From contig CAYOIT010000004.1 of NCBI GenBank assembly GCA_964404035.1, positions 1-56,941 of the forward strand: a stretch of 56,941 bases of DNA, given 5' to 3'. The stretch's first letter is position 1, and every line of letters starts with the position of its first letter. The translations under genes and the position numbers were made by a program. The notes under the pieces are model-generated. The model was not told where the DNA came from and made no database searches. It was given only the letters and a program-made list of their open reading frames with translations. Positions 18,051-26,282 of this stretch are shown one piece after another. Source of the DNA: an uncultured Verrucomicrobiota bacterium (GTDB taxonomy: Bacteria > Verrucomicrobiota > Kiritimatiellia > CAIKKV01 > CAITUY01).

Positions 18051-18713
18051 ATGGAAAAGCCCTTTGATCCTGTGGAGGCGCGAGTGCTGGCCTGCCTGGT
18101 CGAGAAATCGATCACCACGCCGGAATACTATCCGCTCACCCTGAATGCGTTGACGGCGGCGTGCAACCAGAAGTCGAACCGCGACCCGATGATGCAGGTG
18201 ACCGATACGGAGGTGGTCCGCGCCCTGGACAGCCTGCGCGATCGCAAGCTGGCATGGTCGGTGACGCTGGCCGGCAGCCGGGCCCCCAGGTACCGGCACA
18301 GCCTTCAGGATGTCATTCCCCTGTCGCCGGCCCATACGGCCGTCTTGTGCGAACTCCTGCTGAGGGGGCCCCAGACGCTTGGCGAACTGCGCACCCATGC
18401 CAGCCGCATGGTCGAGATCCCCGATACGGCGGCCGTCCAAGGCATTCTTCAGGACTTGTCCAGCCGGTCCGACGGACCCCTGGTGGTGGTGTTGCCGCGC
18501 CAGCCGGGCCGGCGGGAAGATCGCTATGCCCATCTTCTTTGCGGCGCTCCGCCGGTCGAGCCTGAAGCCTCCTCACCGGTCGAACCCGCGCGCCTGGCCG
18601 TCTTGGCCGAGAACGAGCGCCTGGCCGCGCTCGAGGCCAAGGTGGCGTTGCTGCAGGATGAACTGGCGCGGCTCAACGCCCGTTTCGGGGATTTCGAGCG
18701 ACAGTTTCAATAA
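18051..18713 (+). CDS. yceH: YceH family protein (DUF480/UPF0502)
   Basis: Strong collinearity with E. coli YceH (EARVLACLVEKSITTPEYYPLTLNALTAACNQKSNRDP, LLLRGPQTLGELR, REDRYAHLL, C-terminal coiled coil). Confidence 0.85.
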   Translation: MEKPFDPVEARVLACLVEKSITTPEYYPLTLNALTAACNQKSNRDPMMQVTDTEVVRALDSLRDRKLAWSVTLAGSRAPRYRHSLQDVIPLSPAHTAVLCELLLRGPQTLGELRTHASRMVEIPDTAAVQGILQDLSSRSDGPLVVVLPRQPGRREDRYAHLLCGAPPVEPEASSPVEPARLAVLAENERLAALEAKVALLQDELARLNARFGDFERQFQ

Positions 18714-18722
18714 GCGCGCACC

Positions 18723-19283
18723 TTATTCGGTGCCGAAGATGATCTTGCCCTGCTTGCCGGCGGCCTTGATGACCGCCCAGATCTCATCCGTCTTTGGCGA
18801 AGTGGTCAGGAAACGCGTTCCGTCGGCCATCTTGATCGCCACCTGACGGTTGTGCTGCTGCATGACGGATTGCACGTCGCCTTGTGCGATGATCCGTTTC
18901 GCATCCTGCCACGAAATCATATTGTCGGGCCCTTTTGGGATCTGAGACAGGTTCAGTTTGGCGGCCATCAGAAACCCTCCGTCCACGATGGAGCAACTGA
19001 GATTGGCGCTCTGCGCCACCCATTTGAGCGCCTGATCCACCGTTGCGTTGGTCAGCGCAACGGTGATGGCGGGGGCATTGGTTGGCAGATCGACCTTCGT
19101 GACGGCGATGCCGCTGAGGAGGGCGATCTGGTCCAGGACGTCCTCCACGGGCGAGTCCCTCACCGTGAGGGTGATCCTGGTCTCCTGCGCCTTCTTGGCA
19201 ATCTCCGCCGGGTCCGGCGCGGCCAGCCCGGCCATGGCCCAAAGGGTCATCACCAGCATGACGCTGAGGCGTTGTCGTTTCAT
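18723..19283 (-). CDS. secreted hypothetical protein
   Basis: Signal peptide (LSVMLVMTLWAMAGLAAP) and high GC3. Last gene of the minus-strand DUF2339 cluster. No family recognised. Confidence 0.55.
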   Translation of the reverse strand: MKRQRLSVMLVMTLWAMAGLAAPDPAEIAKKAQETRITLTVRDSPVEDVLDQIALLSGIAVTKVDLPTNAPAITVALTNATVDQALKWVAQSANLSCSIVDGGFLMAAKLNLSQIPKGPDNMISWQDAKRIIAQGDVQSVMQQHNRQVAIKMADGTRFLTTSPKTDEIWAVIKAAGKQGKIIFGTE

Positions 19284-19305
19284 TCAAGGAGGGGGCGGTG
19301 TCCGG

Positions 19306-19527
19306 TCAGGTCAACTCCTTGGAGACCTGCGCCAGTTCCTTCGAATCAAGGCTTTCCGCAAAAGAGGAGTCAATTTCGGCGAGGGCTTTTTGGATGGCGC
19401 CGGCATTGCCGGTGGCCTCCCGTACCCGACTGACTTCGTCAGGCATCAGATCGATCTTGCTGCCGTCTCCCTTGATAATGGAACAGATTCCGGTTTCGGG
19501 GCACACTTCAATATTGAGAGTACTCAT
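19306..19527 (-). CDS. small hypothetical protein (73 aa)
   Basis: GAGGAGA RBS 5 nt upstream of the ATG. Lies 22 nt upstream of the next gene. No family recognised. Confidence 0.45.
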   Translation of the reverse strand: MSTLNIEVCPETGICSIIKGDGSKIDLMPDEVSRVREATGNAGAIQKALAEIDSSFAESLDSKELAQVSKELT

Positions 19528-19607
19528 GGATGTCTCCTCTTGACGTTGCGGGAAGGGTAGGCCACAGCAGGTCGGAAATCAAGGTTTGAACATCGCGGCC
19601 GGCACGG

Positions 19608-20966
19608 TTACGTGAATTCAATCTTTCCGGCCATGCGGAAGACGACCGCGAGCAGGATTCCCACCATCACCACCAAGGCCCAGACCATCGCCTTCTTGCT
19701 GTAGCAGGCCCAGGACCTCCCGGTAACCTGGCCTGGCGCCCGTTCCACGGTTCCCTGGCTCCACAGGTCGGCCGAACCGGCCGGCACACCGGCCAGGACC
19801 GAACCGACATCGTATTGTGGCACCGCCACGTCCTCGCCTCCCCAACAGAGCCGGTAGGACTGGCCGCTCTTCGGAAAAAACAAAATCTCGTGAAGTGTCC
19901 GGCGCACCCGGAGGCCCTTTACGGTCAGAGGCGGATTATCCTGATTGTGCAGGGTCAGCCGGTAAGTGCGGTACCGGGGCTCAGCCGGAAGAACCATCAC
20001 CAGGTGCTCTTCCTGGAATTTGCCGATACGAATCCTGGAAAGCCGGTCGGTCGCGACGGGCCGCCAGGTTTCCGGAGCCTCGCTGGCGCGTCCCTCAAGA
20101 ACCGCCTGCCGGCTGAAGTTGGCCTCATCGGTCAGGAGCGTGAGCGCGCACAACGGTTCGCGTTGGACGGTGAAGGTGATCAGGGTCTCCTTCATCCGGG
20201 CGTCCTGGGCGACGGACCACGTCCCGACGGCGAAGTCCTCGGTCTCGCCGGCACCGGTATCCACCCTCTGGCGGCGCTCAAGAAAGGTCAGGCGATCGAT
20301 GCGGAAGGGCTCCTTGCGGAAGGAGGTGGCCTCGATTTCGTTGGACGCCTGCTGGCCGCGCGTCTGACGGATGATCTCCACGAGGGGGGAATCCTTCTTC
20401 TCGGTGATGTTGGAGATCTTGATCCGGTAGGTGGTGTCGTCTCCATCGGCCAACGGAATCCGGTGACGCCTGACATCGGCATAGCGCGAGTAATCGTAAA
20501 GGGGTTCTTCCCTGGCCAATTCGGTCCAGTGCTCCCCGTCACGGCTACCCTCGACCGTGACGAGTTTCTCAAAGTTCCGGACGTTGGAGGCAAACTCCAG
20601 GGCTGCCGGGCGCGGAAGCTGCGGATCCCGCGTGACGATCAGTTCGAGCCTGTTATCCGGTTGCTCCCGCAGCGATTGGATGGTGAGCGGCGCCGGGAAA
20701 GGGACCCACTGATCCACGGTTCGCACGGGGACTTTGCGTCGGACGAGAAAGGGCGTTTCGCCACTGGAGGTGTCGAAAAGACGGACGTTGGCCATCTGGT
20801 CGTCCACGGCGTCGTACCATTCGCCGTCCGGCACGACGGCTCCGATTTCGCTGTGGGCTGTGGCCGGCGCCGAAAGAGGACGGGAGAACGGGAAGTTGGA
20901 GGGCACCAGGGTGGCCTGGGTCAGGGAGGTGGCGAGCCAAAGGGCCGGGAAGAGCAGAGCCTTCAT
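19608..20966 (-). CDS. DUF3999-like exported protein with C-terminal TM anchor
   Basis: 452 aa with a signal peptide and a single C-terminal TM helix. 4-nt overlap with the upstream DUF2339-like gene. The family name is recalled from the typical size and the known pairing, not from an alignment. Confidence 0.6.
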   Translation of the reverse strand: MKALLFPALWLATSLTQATLVPSNFPFSRPLSAPATAHSEIGAVVPDGEWYDAVDDQMANVRLFDTSSGETPFLVRRKVPVRTVDQWVPFPAPLTIQSLREQPDNRLELIVTRDPQLPRPAALEFASNVRNFEKLVTVEGSRDGEHWTELAREEPLYDYSRYADVRRHRIPLADGDDTTYRIKISNITEKKDSPLVEIIRQTRGQQASNEIEATSFRKEPFRIDRLTFLERRQRVDTGAGETEDFAVGTWSVAQDARMKETLITFTVQREPLCALTLLTDEANFSRQAVLEGRASEAPETWRPVATDRLSRIRIGKFQEEHLVMVLPAEPRYRTYRLTLHNQDNPPLTVKGLRVRRTLHEILFFPKSGQSYRLCWGGEDVAVPQYDVGSVLAGVPAGSADLWSQGTVERAPGQVTGRSWACYSKKAMVWALVVMVGILLAVVFRMAGKIEFT

Positions 20967-23431
20967 TCCGATTCTCCTTTCGTGAAGCGTTTGCTGGCGC
21001 GCAGGTAGGCAAAGGATCCCAGCAGAAGCAGGACCCCAATGACCATGAGCGCGAGGACGCGGTAAGCCGTCGGCATATCGGCCAGGTCGACGAACAGCAC
21101 CTTGGCCACCACCACCGTGAAGAGGACCAGGCCGGAGAGCCGGAGGGGCCGAAGATTACGCCAGATCCCGCCGGCCAGCAGGGCGAGGGCGAACAGGGTC
21201 CAGAGCACCGAGATACCGCCGGACTGGAACTCGTGCAGTTTCCAGTGGAGCAGGCTGTTGAGCTCCAGCGTCAGGTAAAGCCAGAGCAGGCTGATGGTGG
21301 TGTAGCCGAACGCGGCGGGCAGGAAGCTTCGGTCTTCCTTTCGGGGGAGCAGCGCGGCAATGCCGGTCAGAAGCAGGAGCACGGCCAGGAAATCGAACCA
21401 GCGCATCAGGGCCAAGAACGGGGTATAGGTCATATCGAAGAACCATCGTTCGTTCAGGTGCCAGCCGGGAATATCCCAGAACAGCGTCTTGGCCACGGCA
21501 CCGACGGCGAAGAAAACGAGACCCGCGCGAAAGGCCACGGTGGGCGCCGCCCGGTAAAGGAGCAGGAATCCCAGCGCCATGCCGCACCAGAGTGTGGTCA
21601 GCACGGCCGGCCGCCAGGCGAGCGCATAGCCGAACAGGGCGTGGCATTCGCTGTGCAGATAGAGAAAAAAGAGCGCCACGGCGGCCCAGAAGAAGAGGCG
21701 GTGGGTGAGGGAGGCCGGGGCCACATCCGCGGTATCCGGGAGAGGCGCTTCACTTGAAGCGGGCGCGCCCATCGTTTGGCGGAGTTCCAGGAAGAAGGCC
21801 GCGGCGATCGAGCCGATCGCGGTTCCGAAGGTCCAGAGCCGGTTCAGCAAGGCGCTCCCATAGGCGGTCAGGGTGGTGGCGCCGGCCGCATTCAGGTCGA
21901 TGCGCGGGAACTCAAAGACCGCCAGCCGGAAGAGCGTGAGCCCGTAGACGGCGTAGCTGACCTGACGCAGGAAGGCGCTCTGGAGGCGACGCCCGAGCCA
22001 CAGGAACATGAAGGCCTGAAGCGCCCAGGCAATGGTCAGGGACTCCTTCTCCATCAGGAGCGGCATGGTGAGTGTGGTGTAGAACCCCGCCAGCGAAATC
22101 AGGGCGATCAGGAGGGGCCGGTCGGCGAGGCGGCGGCGCAGGAAGACCGCCACATGCAGGCAGTAATAGACGGCCACGGCGAGTGTCATCAGGGCGGGAT
22201 AGGGGCGGCCGGCCGTGTCGCGGATCACGTCATAGGCGGCGAAGGAAAAGACCGCGGCGTTCAGGACGAGGTGGACGATCTCCAGCAGGGTGGCCGGGGC
22301 GTCGCGCCGCAGGTTATAGAGCAGGACAAGGGTCGAGTGGGCGACAAAGACCAGCGCCAGGAAGGTCAGGGCCACGGGGAAATCCCCGGGAGTGTAGCAG
22401 GCCGGCGAGGCCAGGAAATAGATCGTATAGGTGAACAGAAAGCTAAGGTAGTTCAGCAGGCGCCACTGGCGCAGGTGGCCGATTCCGAGCACGCCGAGAT
22501 TCAGGAGGAGAAGATAGCTGTAGAGGGCCAGGAAGCGGGGTTCGTTCGTGTGTAACAGGAGGGGCGTACAGAAACCGCCGATGATGCCGAAGATGGCCAC
22601 CAGCATGGAGTTGGCTGAGAGGGCGAGGACGCCCGCCGCCACGGTGACGAGGATCATCAAACCGAACACCACCGGCTGGGAATCCACGAGATGGTACAAG
22701 GGACCGAGGGCATACATGCTGAAGTACAGGGTGGCCAGCCCGCCGCCGACGAAGCCCTGCCCGAGAACATTCCAGCGGCGTCCCAGGAGACACATGCCGC
22801 CCGTGAGCATGCCGAGGCCGAAGGTGACGCTCATGGCCACGCGCGCGGTGGGACCGAGCAAACCGTGATCCATGGACCATTTCAAGAAATAGCCGACTCC
22901 TGCAACCAGAGCCACAATGCCGACCCGCATCAGCCAGGTGGTGCCCACCGCATACTCCATGGAGACGCCTTTGGGCCGGTATTCCTCGCCCACGAGGATC
23001 CATTGCCAGATCCGGTTGAGGATATCCCCTGCGGTCTGAGCCAGTTTGGAGGGGGCACGCGGGGGAACCTCGACGGAGGGGGTGGCGGCCTGGCGGCCTT
23101 CAAGCGGCCGCGGAAGAGGCGGGGCCGAAGGGGGAAGGGGAGGCGGAGCGGAGAGCGACTCCATCAGGCGCGAAAGGGGAACCGAGGCGGTTGAGGCGGC
23201 GGGAGCGGCGGCCTCCCGTCGGGTGACGGCTTCGGGTTCGGCGCGCGGGACTTTCGCGGCACCGGGGGCTGGCAACGGGGTGGTCTGCGTCAGCTTGCGA
23301 AGCTCGCTCTTGAGCTCGATCAGGCGGTCCTCAATATCCGGCAGGCGCCGCATGGCGCGTTTGAGGTTGTTCAGCTTGATGAGAATGAGAACGGCGAGAA
23401 TGGAGAGGACCACCAAGACCACTTCGTCCAT
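20963..23431 (-). CDS. DUF2339-like polytopic membrane protein
   Basis: N-terminal TM helix plus coiled coil (IEDRLIELKSELRKL), a Pro/Ala linker, then about 20 or more predicted TM helices. This architecture is typical of DUF2339. Confidence 0.65.
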   Translation of the reverse strand: MDEVVLVVLSILAVLILIKLNNLKRAMRRLPDIEDRLIELKSELRKLTQTTPLPAPGAAKVPRAEPEAVTRREAAAPAASTASVPLSRLMESLSAPPPLPPSAPPLPRPLEGRQAATPSVEVPPRAPSKLAQTAGDILNRIWQWILVGEEYRPKGVSMEYAVGTTWLMRVGIVALVAGVGYFLKWSMDHGLLGPTARVAMSVTFGLGMLTGGMCLLGRRWNVLGQGFVGGGLATLYFSMYALGPLYHLVDSQPVVFGLMILVTVAAGVLALSANSMLVAIFGIIGGFCTPLLLHTNEPRFLALYSYLLLLNLGVLGIGHLRQWRLLNYLSFLFTYTIYFLASPACYTPGDFPVALTFLALVFVAHSTLVLLYNLRRDAPATLLEIVHLVLNAAVFSFAAYDVIRDTAGRPYPALMTLAVAVYYCLHVAVFLRRRLADRPLLIALISLAGFYTTLTMPLLMEKESLTIAWALQAFMFLWLGRRLQSAFLRQVSYAVYGLTLFRLAVFEFPRIDLNAAGATTLTAYGSALLNRLWTFGTAIGSIAAAFFLELRQTMGAPASSEAPLPDTADVAPASLTHRLFFWAAVALFFLYLHSECHALFGYALAWRPAVLTTLWCGMALGFLLLYRAAPTVAFRAGLVFFAVGAVAKTLFWDIPGWHLNERWFFDMTYTPFLALMRWFDFLAVLLLLTGIAALLPRKEDRSFLPAAFGYTTISLLWLYLTLELNSLLHWKLHEFQSGGISVLWTLFALALLAGGIWRNLRPLRLSGLVLFTVVVAKVLFVDLADMPTAYRVLALMVIGVLLLLGSFAYLRASKRFTKGESE

Positions 23432-23520
23432 GTTATGCTCCCGGTTGGATTAGCAAAAGGACACGCTAACAGAAAGCCGGTCCAGCATGCAACCGCCCCG
23501 ATAGCGCCCGGATCCGCCGG

Positions 23521-23590
23521 ACCGAGGCGAACGCCAGTAGGGCGGGCGCTACGTCGCCCGCCCCGGCCGGCGGCGTAGCGCCGGCCGTAC
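23521..23590. repeat. 70-bp double-hairpin intergenic repeat, copy 1
   Basis: Identical 70-mer, ACCGAGGCGAACGCCAGTAGGGCGGGCGCTACGTCGCCCGCCCCGGCCGGCGGCGTAGCGCCGGCCGTAC, recurs at 53410..53479. It holds two 9-bp stems: GGGCGGGCG/CGCCCGCCC and CGGCCGGCG/CGCCGGCCG. Confidence 0.85.
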
Positions 23591-23672
23591 TGCGCTCTTT
23601 CGCTTGTGTCGAGGCCGAAGGCGGGTATCATGCCTAGCGATTCGCCTAAACCCCGGTGTGAACAGGACTACG

Positions 23673-26282
23673 ATGAAATCCAAAGCTTCCCCCAAAGACG
23701 CCACGGTCGAACCGCAACCCTGGATTGTATTGCGGTTCAATCATTTCGATCCGACCTGGCGGCGGTGCTGGGACCGGGAGTTCGTGGATGACGGCCGTCG
23801 TTTTGCCTCGTACCGCGCGATTGAGGACCGGTGGATTGCCGATGCCATCGCCGGCAGCGCCGATGGAGTGAGCTGTTTTCTGGTGGAGTGTTCCTGGGTG
23901 CTGCGCCACTACCTGGAACGGCATCCCGGGCACCGGAACGTATTGCGGCGGCTGGCGCGCGAAGGACGGTTCGAACTGCTGGGCTCGGGCGAGAATATCG
24001 TGGATGCCAACCTGATCCACGGGGAAACGCTCGCGCGCAACCTGGTGCTGGGCACGCTCTGGGCGGAGGAAACGCTCGGGGTGCGGCCGACCACGGGCTG
24101 GCATAGCGACGGCTTCGGTTCCTGCGCGCAGATGCCTCAGATCTTCCGGCAGTGCGGCTATGACTGGCTGCCGGCCATCAGCTACAACACGCCCGACGCG
24201 CCCTACTGGCGCGGACTCGATGGGTCGACGATCTTCTTTTCCTGCGACGCGCGCGCGCCGGGCCAGCCGCGCGGGGACCGGCGGGAGCGTCTCGTCCACC
24301 GCCTGGCTGTGGCCGGCACCTGCTATGTGAAGCTCCCCCCCTGTCCCGCCTGCCAGGGCAAGGGGTGCGCCGAGTGCCGGAAGGAAGGATTCAGCATCAC
24401 CCGACGGGCAGAGTTTGCCGCCCCGCCCCCGGCACGGTTGCCGGGTGAGGTCGGAGTGATGATGCTGTGGGGGGAGGAAATCATGCCCGGGTTGCACGTC
24501 GCGGAGGAGGTCGCCCGCTTCAATGCCGCCCATCCCGATATCGCCGTACGGCAGGGAACCTATCTCGATCTTCGAGCCTATGTCGCCGGAGAGCTGGCCC
24601 GGGTGGACAACCCACCGCCGGGGCAGATCAGTTCGAAAGTGGAGAACAACCCCAGCCAATCCGGGTGCTACGTTTCGCGCATCAAGATCAAGCAGCAACA
24701 CCGCGCCCTGGAGCACGCCCTGCTGGCCGCCGAGTGCTGGGATGCGCTGCTCAACGGCGGGGCCAACCACGCGCGGTTACGCGGCGCCTGGCGGCAGATG
24801 ACGTTTTCCGCCTTCCATGACGCCATTACCTCCTCCCACTGCGACCCTGCTTATACGGAACTGTGCGACCTGCACCGCGACTTGGCGGCGCTGACGCTGG
24901 ACATTGGCGCGACGGCCTGCCGGGGTGTGCTGAAGAAGCGGCCGGCGACGGTGACGGTGTTCAACCACCATTCCGTGGCGGCGACGGTGCCGGTGACGGT
25001 GCCGGTGCCCGCCCGGTGGCAGGGCGCGGGCGTCAAGGCGGACGGTGTCGCTGTACCGGCCTACGCCGTTGAGCCTGGTGAGAAAGGGGCCACCATGACC
25101 TTTCTGGCGGCTGACGTGCCGGCCCTGGGAGCGCGCACCTTCACGCTGGGCAAGGCGGCGGTCCAGGCAACGACCGCGGTCTCCGGCCATGAAGTGTCGA
25201 ATGGCCGTTTCACCATCCGAATGGGAGAACATGGCATCACGAGACTCCAGGCGAAAGGCGTGGGGACGGTCACCGATCCGGCGCATTTCCTGTTCGGCGA
25301 GCTGGTGTTGGAGCATGACATCGGGGATCCGTGGGCCACGCGATCGCTGGACCGCACCCGCGAAAGGCTTTCTCCTTATACCCGGCTGGCGGGTGTGGAA
25401 CGGCGAGGCGACGAAGTGACCATCCGCTACGCCGGAAAGCATCCCGCCTGCAATGACCCGCACTTCAACGATGACCCGAATGTGACCTACCTGGCCTGGG
25501 AACAGGCGTTCCGGATGCGCGCCGGGTTGCCCTGGCTGGAGGTCGAGACGCGGGTGAAGTGGTACACGCAGAGCCGGCGCCTGCGGTTGGCTTTCCCCTC
25601 GAAGACCACGCTGAACCGGGGCGTCTACGAGGTGCCGTATGGCGTGCTCGAACGCGACCGGTATGAGGGCAAGACCATCCATGGCGGCAACGCTGGCGGT
25701 GACTGGCCGGCCCTTCATTGGGCCGGGATCCAGGCCCCCGGCCACACCTTTGCCATTTTCAACCAGGGCACGCCCAGCTACCGGGTGGAAGACGGCATTG
25801 TGATGGTCAGTGTGTTGCGGAGTCCGCAGATTCCCTACGGCCTTTTCGAGCCGGAATCGTATGTGGCCTACAACTACGATGGCATGCGCGACCACGGCGA
25901 CCATGTGTTCCATCACGCCCTCTATGCGGTGGCGGGCGATTGGCGTCACAACGATACCGTCCGGCAGGCGGCGCTGTTCAATGCCGGGCTGCCGGCGGTT
26001 CCCGGCGCCCTGGCGAAGCCGTTACCGGGGTGGGGCATCAAGGCGGAGCACACCAGCCTGACGGCGGTGAAGACGGCCGAGGATGGCAAGGGCCTTATTC
26101 TGCGCCTGGTTGAAACCGCCGGGCGTTCGGAGGCGGTGCAGTTGACACCGCCTCCGGCTTTTGGACGGGCGGCGGTCTGCACGCTGCTGGAAGATGCCAG
26201 GACCGCCCTGCCGGCCGTCAATGGCGTGTTCACCGTTCCGGTTCAACCGTGGAAGATCGTCACGGTGCGGCTGACGCCATAA
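23673..26282 (+). CDS. GH38-family alpha-mannosidase-like glycoside hydrolase
   Basis: N-terminal HxDxxW-type motif (NHFDPTWRRCW). Size and collinearity fit bacterial GH38 (GWHSDGFG, central and C-terminal beta domains). Start set at ATG 23673. Confidence 0.78.
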   Translation: MKSKASPKDATVEPQPWIVLRFNHFDPTWRRCWDREFVDDGRRFASYRAIEDRWIADAIAGSADGVSCFLVECSWVLRHYLERHPGHRNVLRRLAREGRFELLGSGENIVDANLIHGETLARNLVLGTLWAEETLGVRPTTGWHSDGFGSCAQMPQIFRQCGYDWLPAISYNTPDAPYWRGLDGSTIFFSCDARAPGQPRGDRRERLVHRLAVAGTCYVKLPPCPACQGKGCAECRKEGFSITRRAEFAAPPPARLPGEVGVMMLWGEEIMPGLHVAEEVARFNAAHPDIAVRQGTYLDLRAYVAGELARVDNPPPGQISSKVENNPSQSGCYVSRIKIKQQHRALEHALLAAECWDALLNGGANHARLRGAWRQMTFSAFHDAITSSHCDPAYTELCDLHRDLAALTLDIGATACRGVLKKRPATVTVFNHHSVAATVPVTVPVPARWQGAGVKADGVAVPAYAVEPGEKGATMTFLAADVPALGARTFTLGKAAVQATTAVSGHEVSNGRFTIRMGEHGITRLQAKGVGTVTDPAHFLFGELVLEHDIGDPWATRSLDRTRERLSPYTRLAGVERRGDEVTIRYAGKHPACNDPHFNDDPNVTYLAWEQAFRMRAGLPWLEVETRVKWYTQSRRLRLAFPSKTTLNRGVYEVPYGVLERDRYEGKTIHGGNAGGDWPALHWAGIQAPGHTFAIFNQGTPSYRVEDGIVMVSVLRSPQIPYGLFEPESYVAYNYDGMRDHGDHVFHHALYAVAGDWRHNDTVRQAALFNAGLPAVPGALAKPLPGWGIKAEHTSLTAVKTAEDGKGLILRLVETAGRSEAVQLTPPPAFGRAAVCTLLEDARTALPAVNGVFTVPVQPWKIVTVRLTP

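Noticed and set aside
17930-18118. 62-aa minus-strand ORF overlapping the yceH start.
   Set aside because: No RBS and no recognisable motif. It overlaps the strongly supported yceH coding start.
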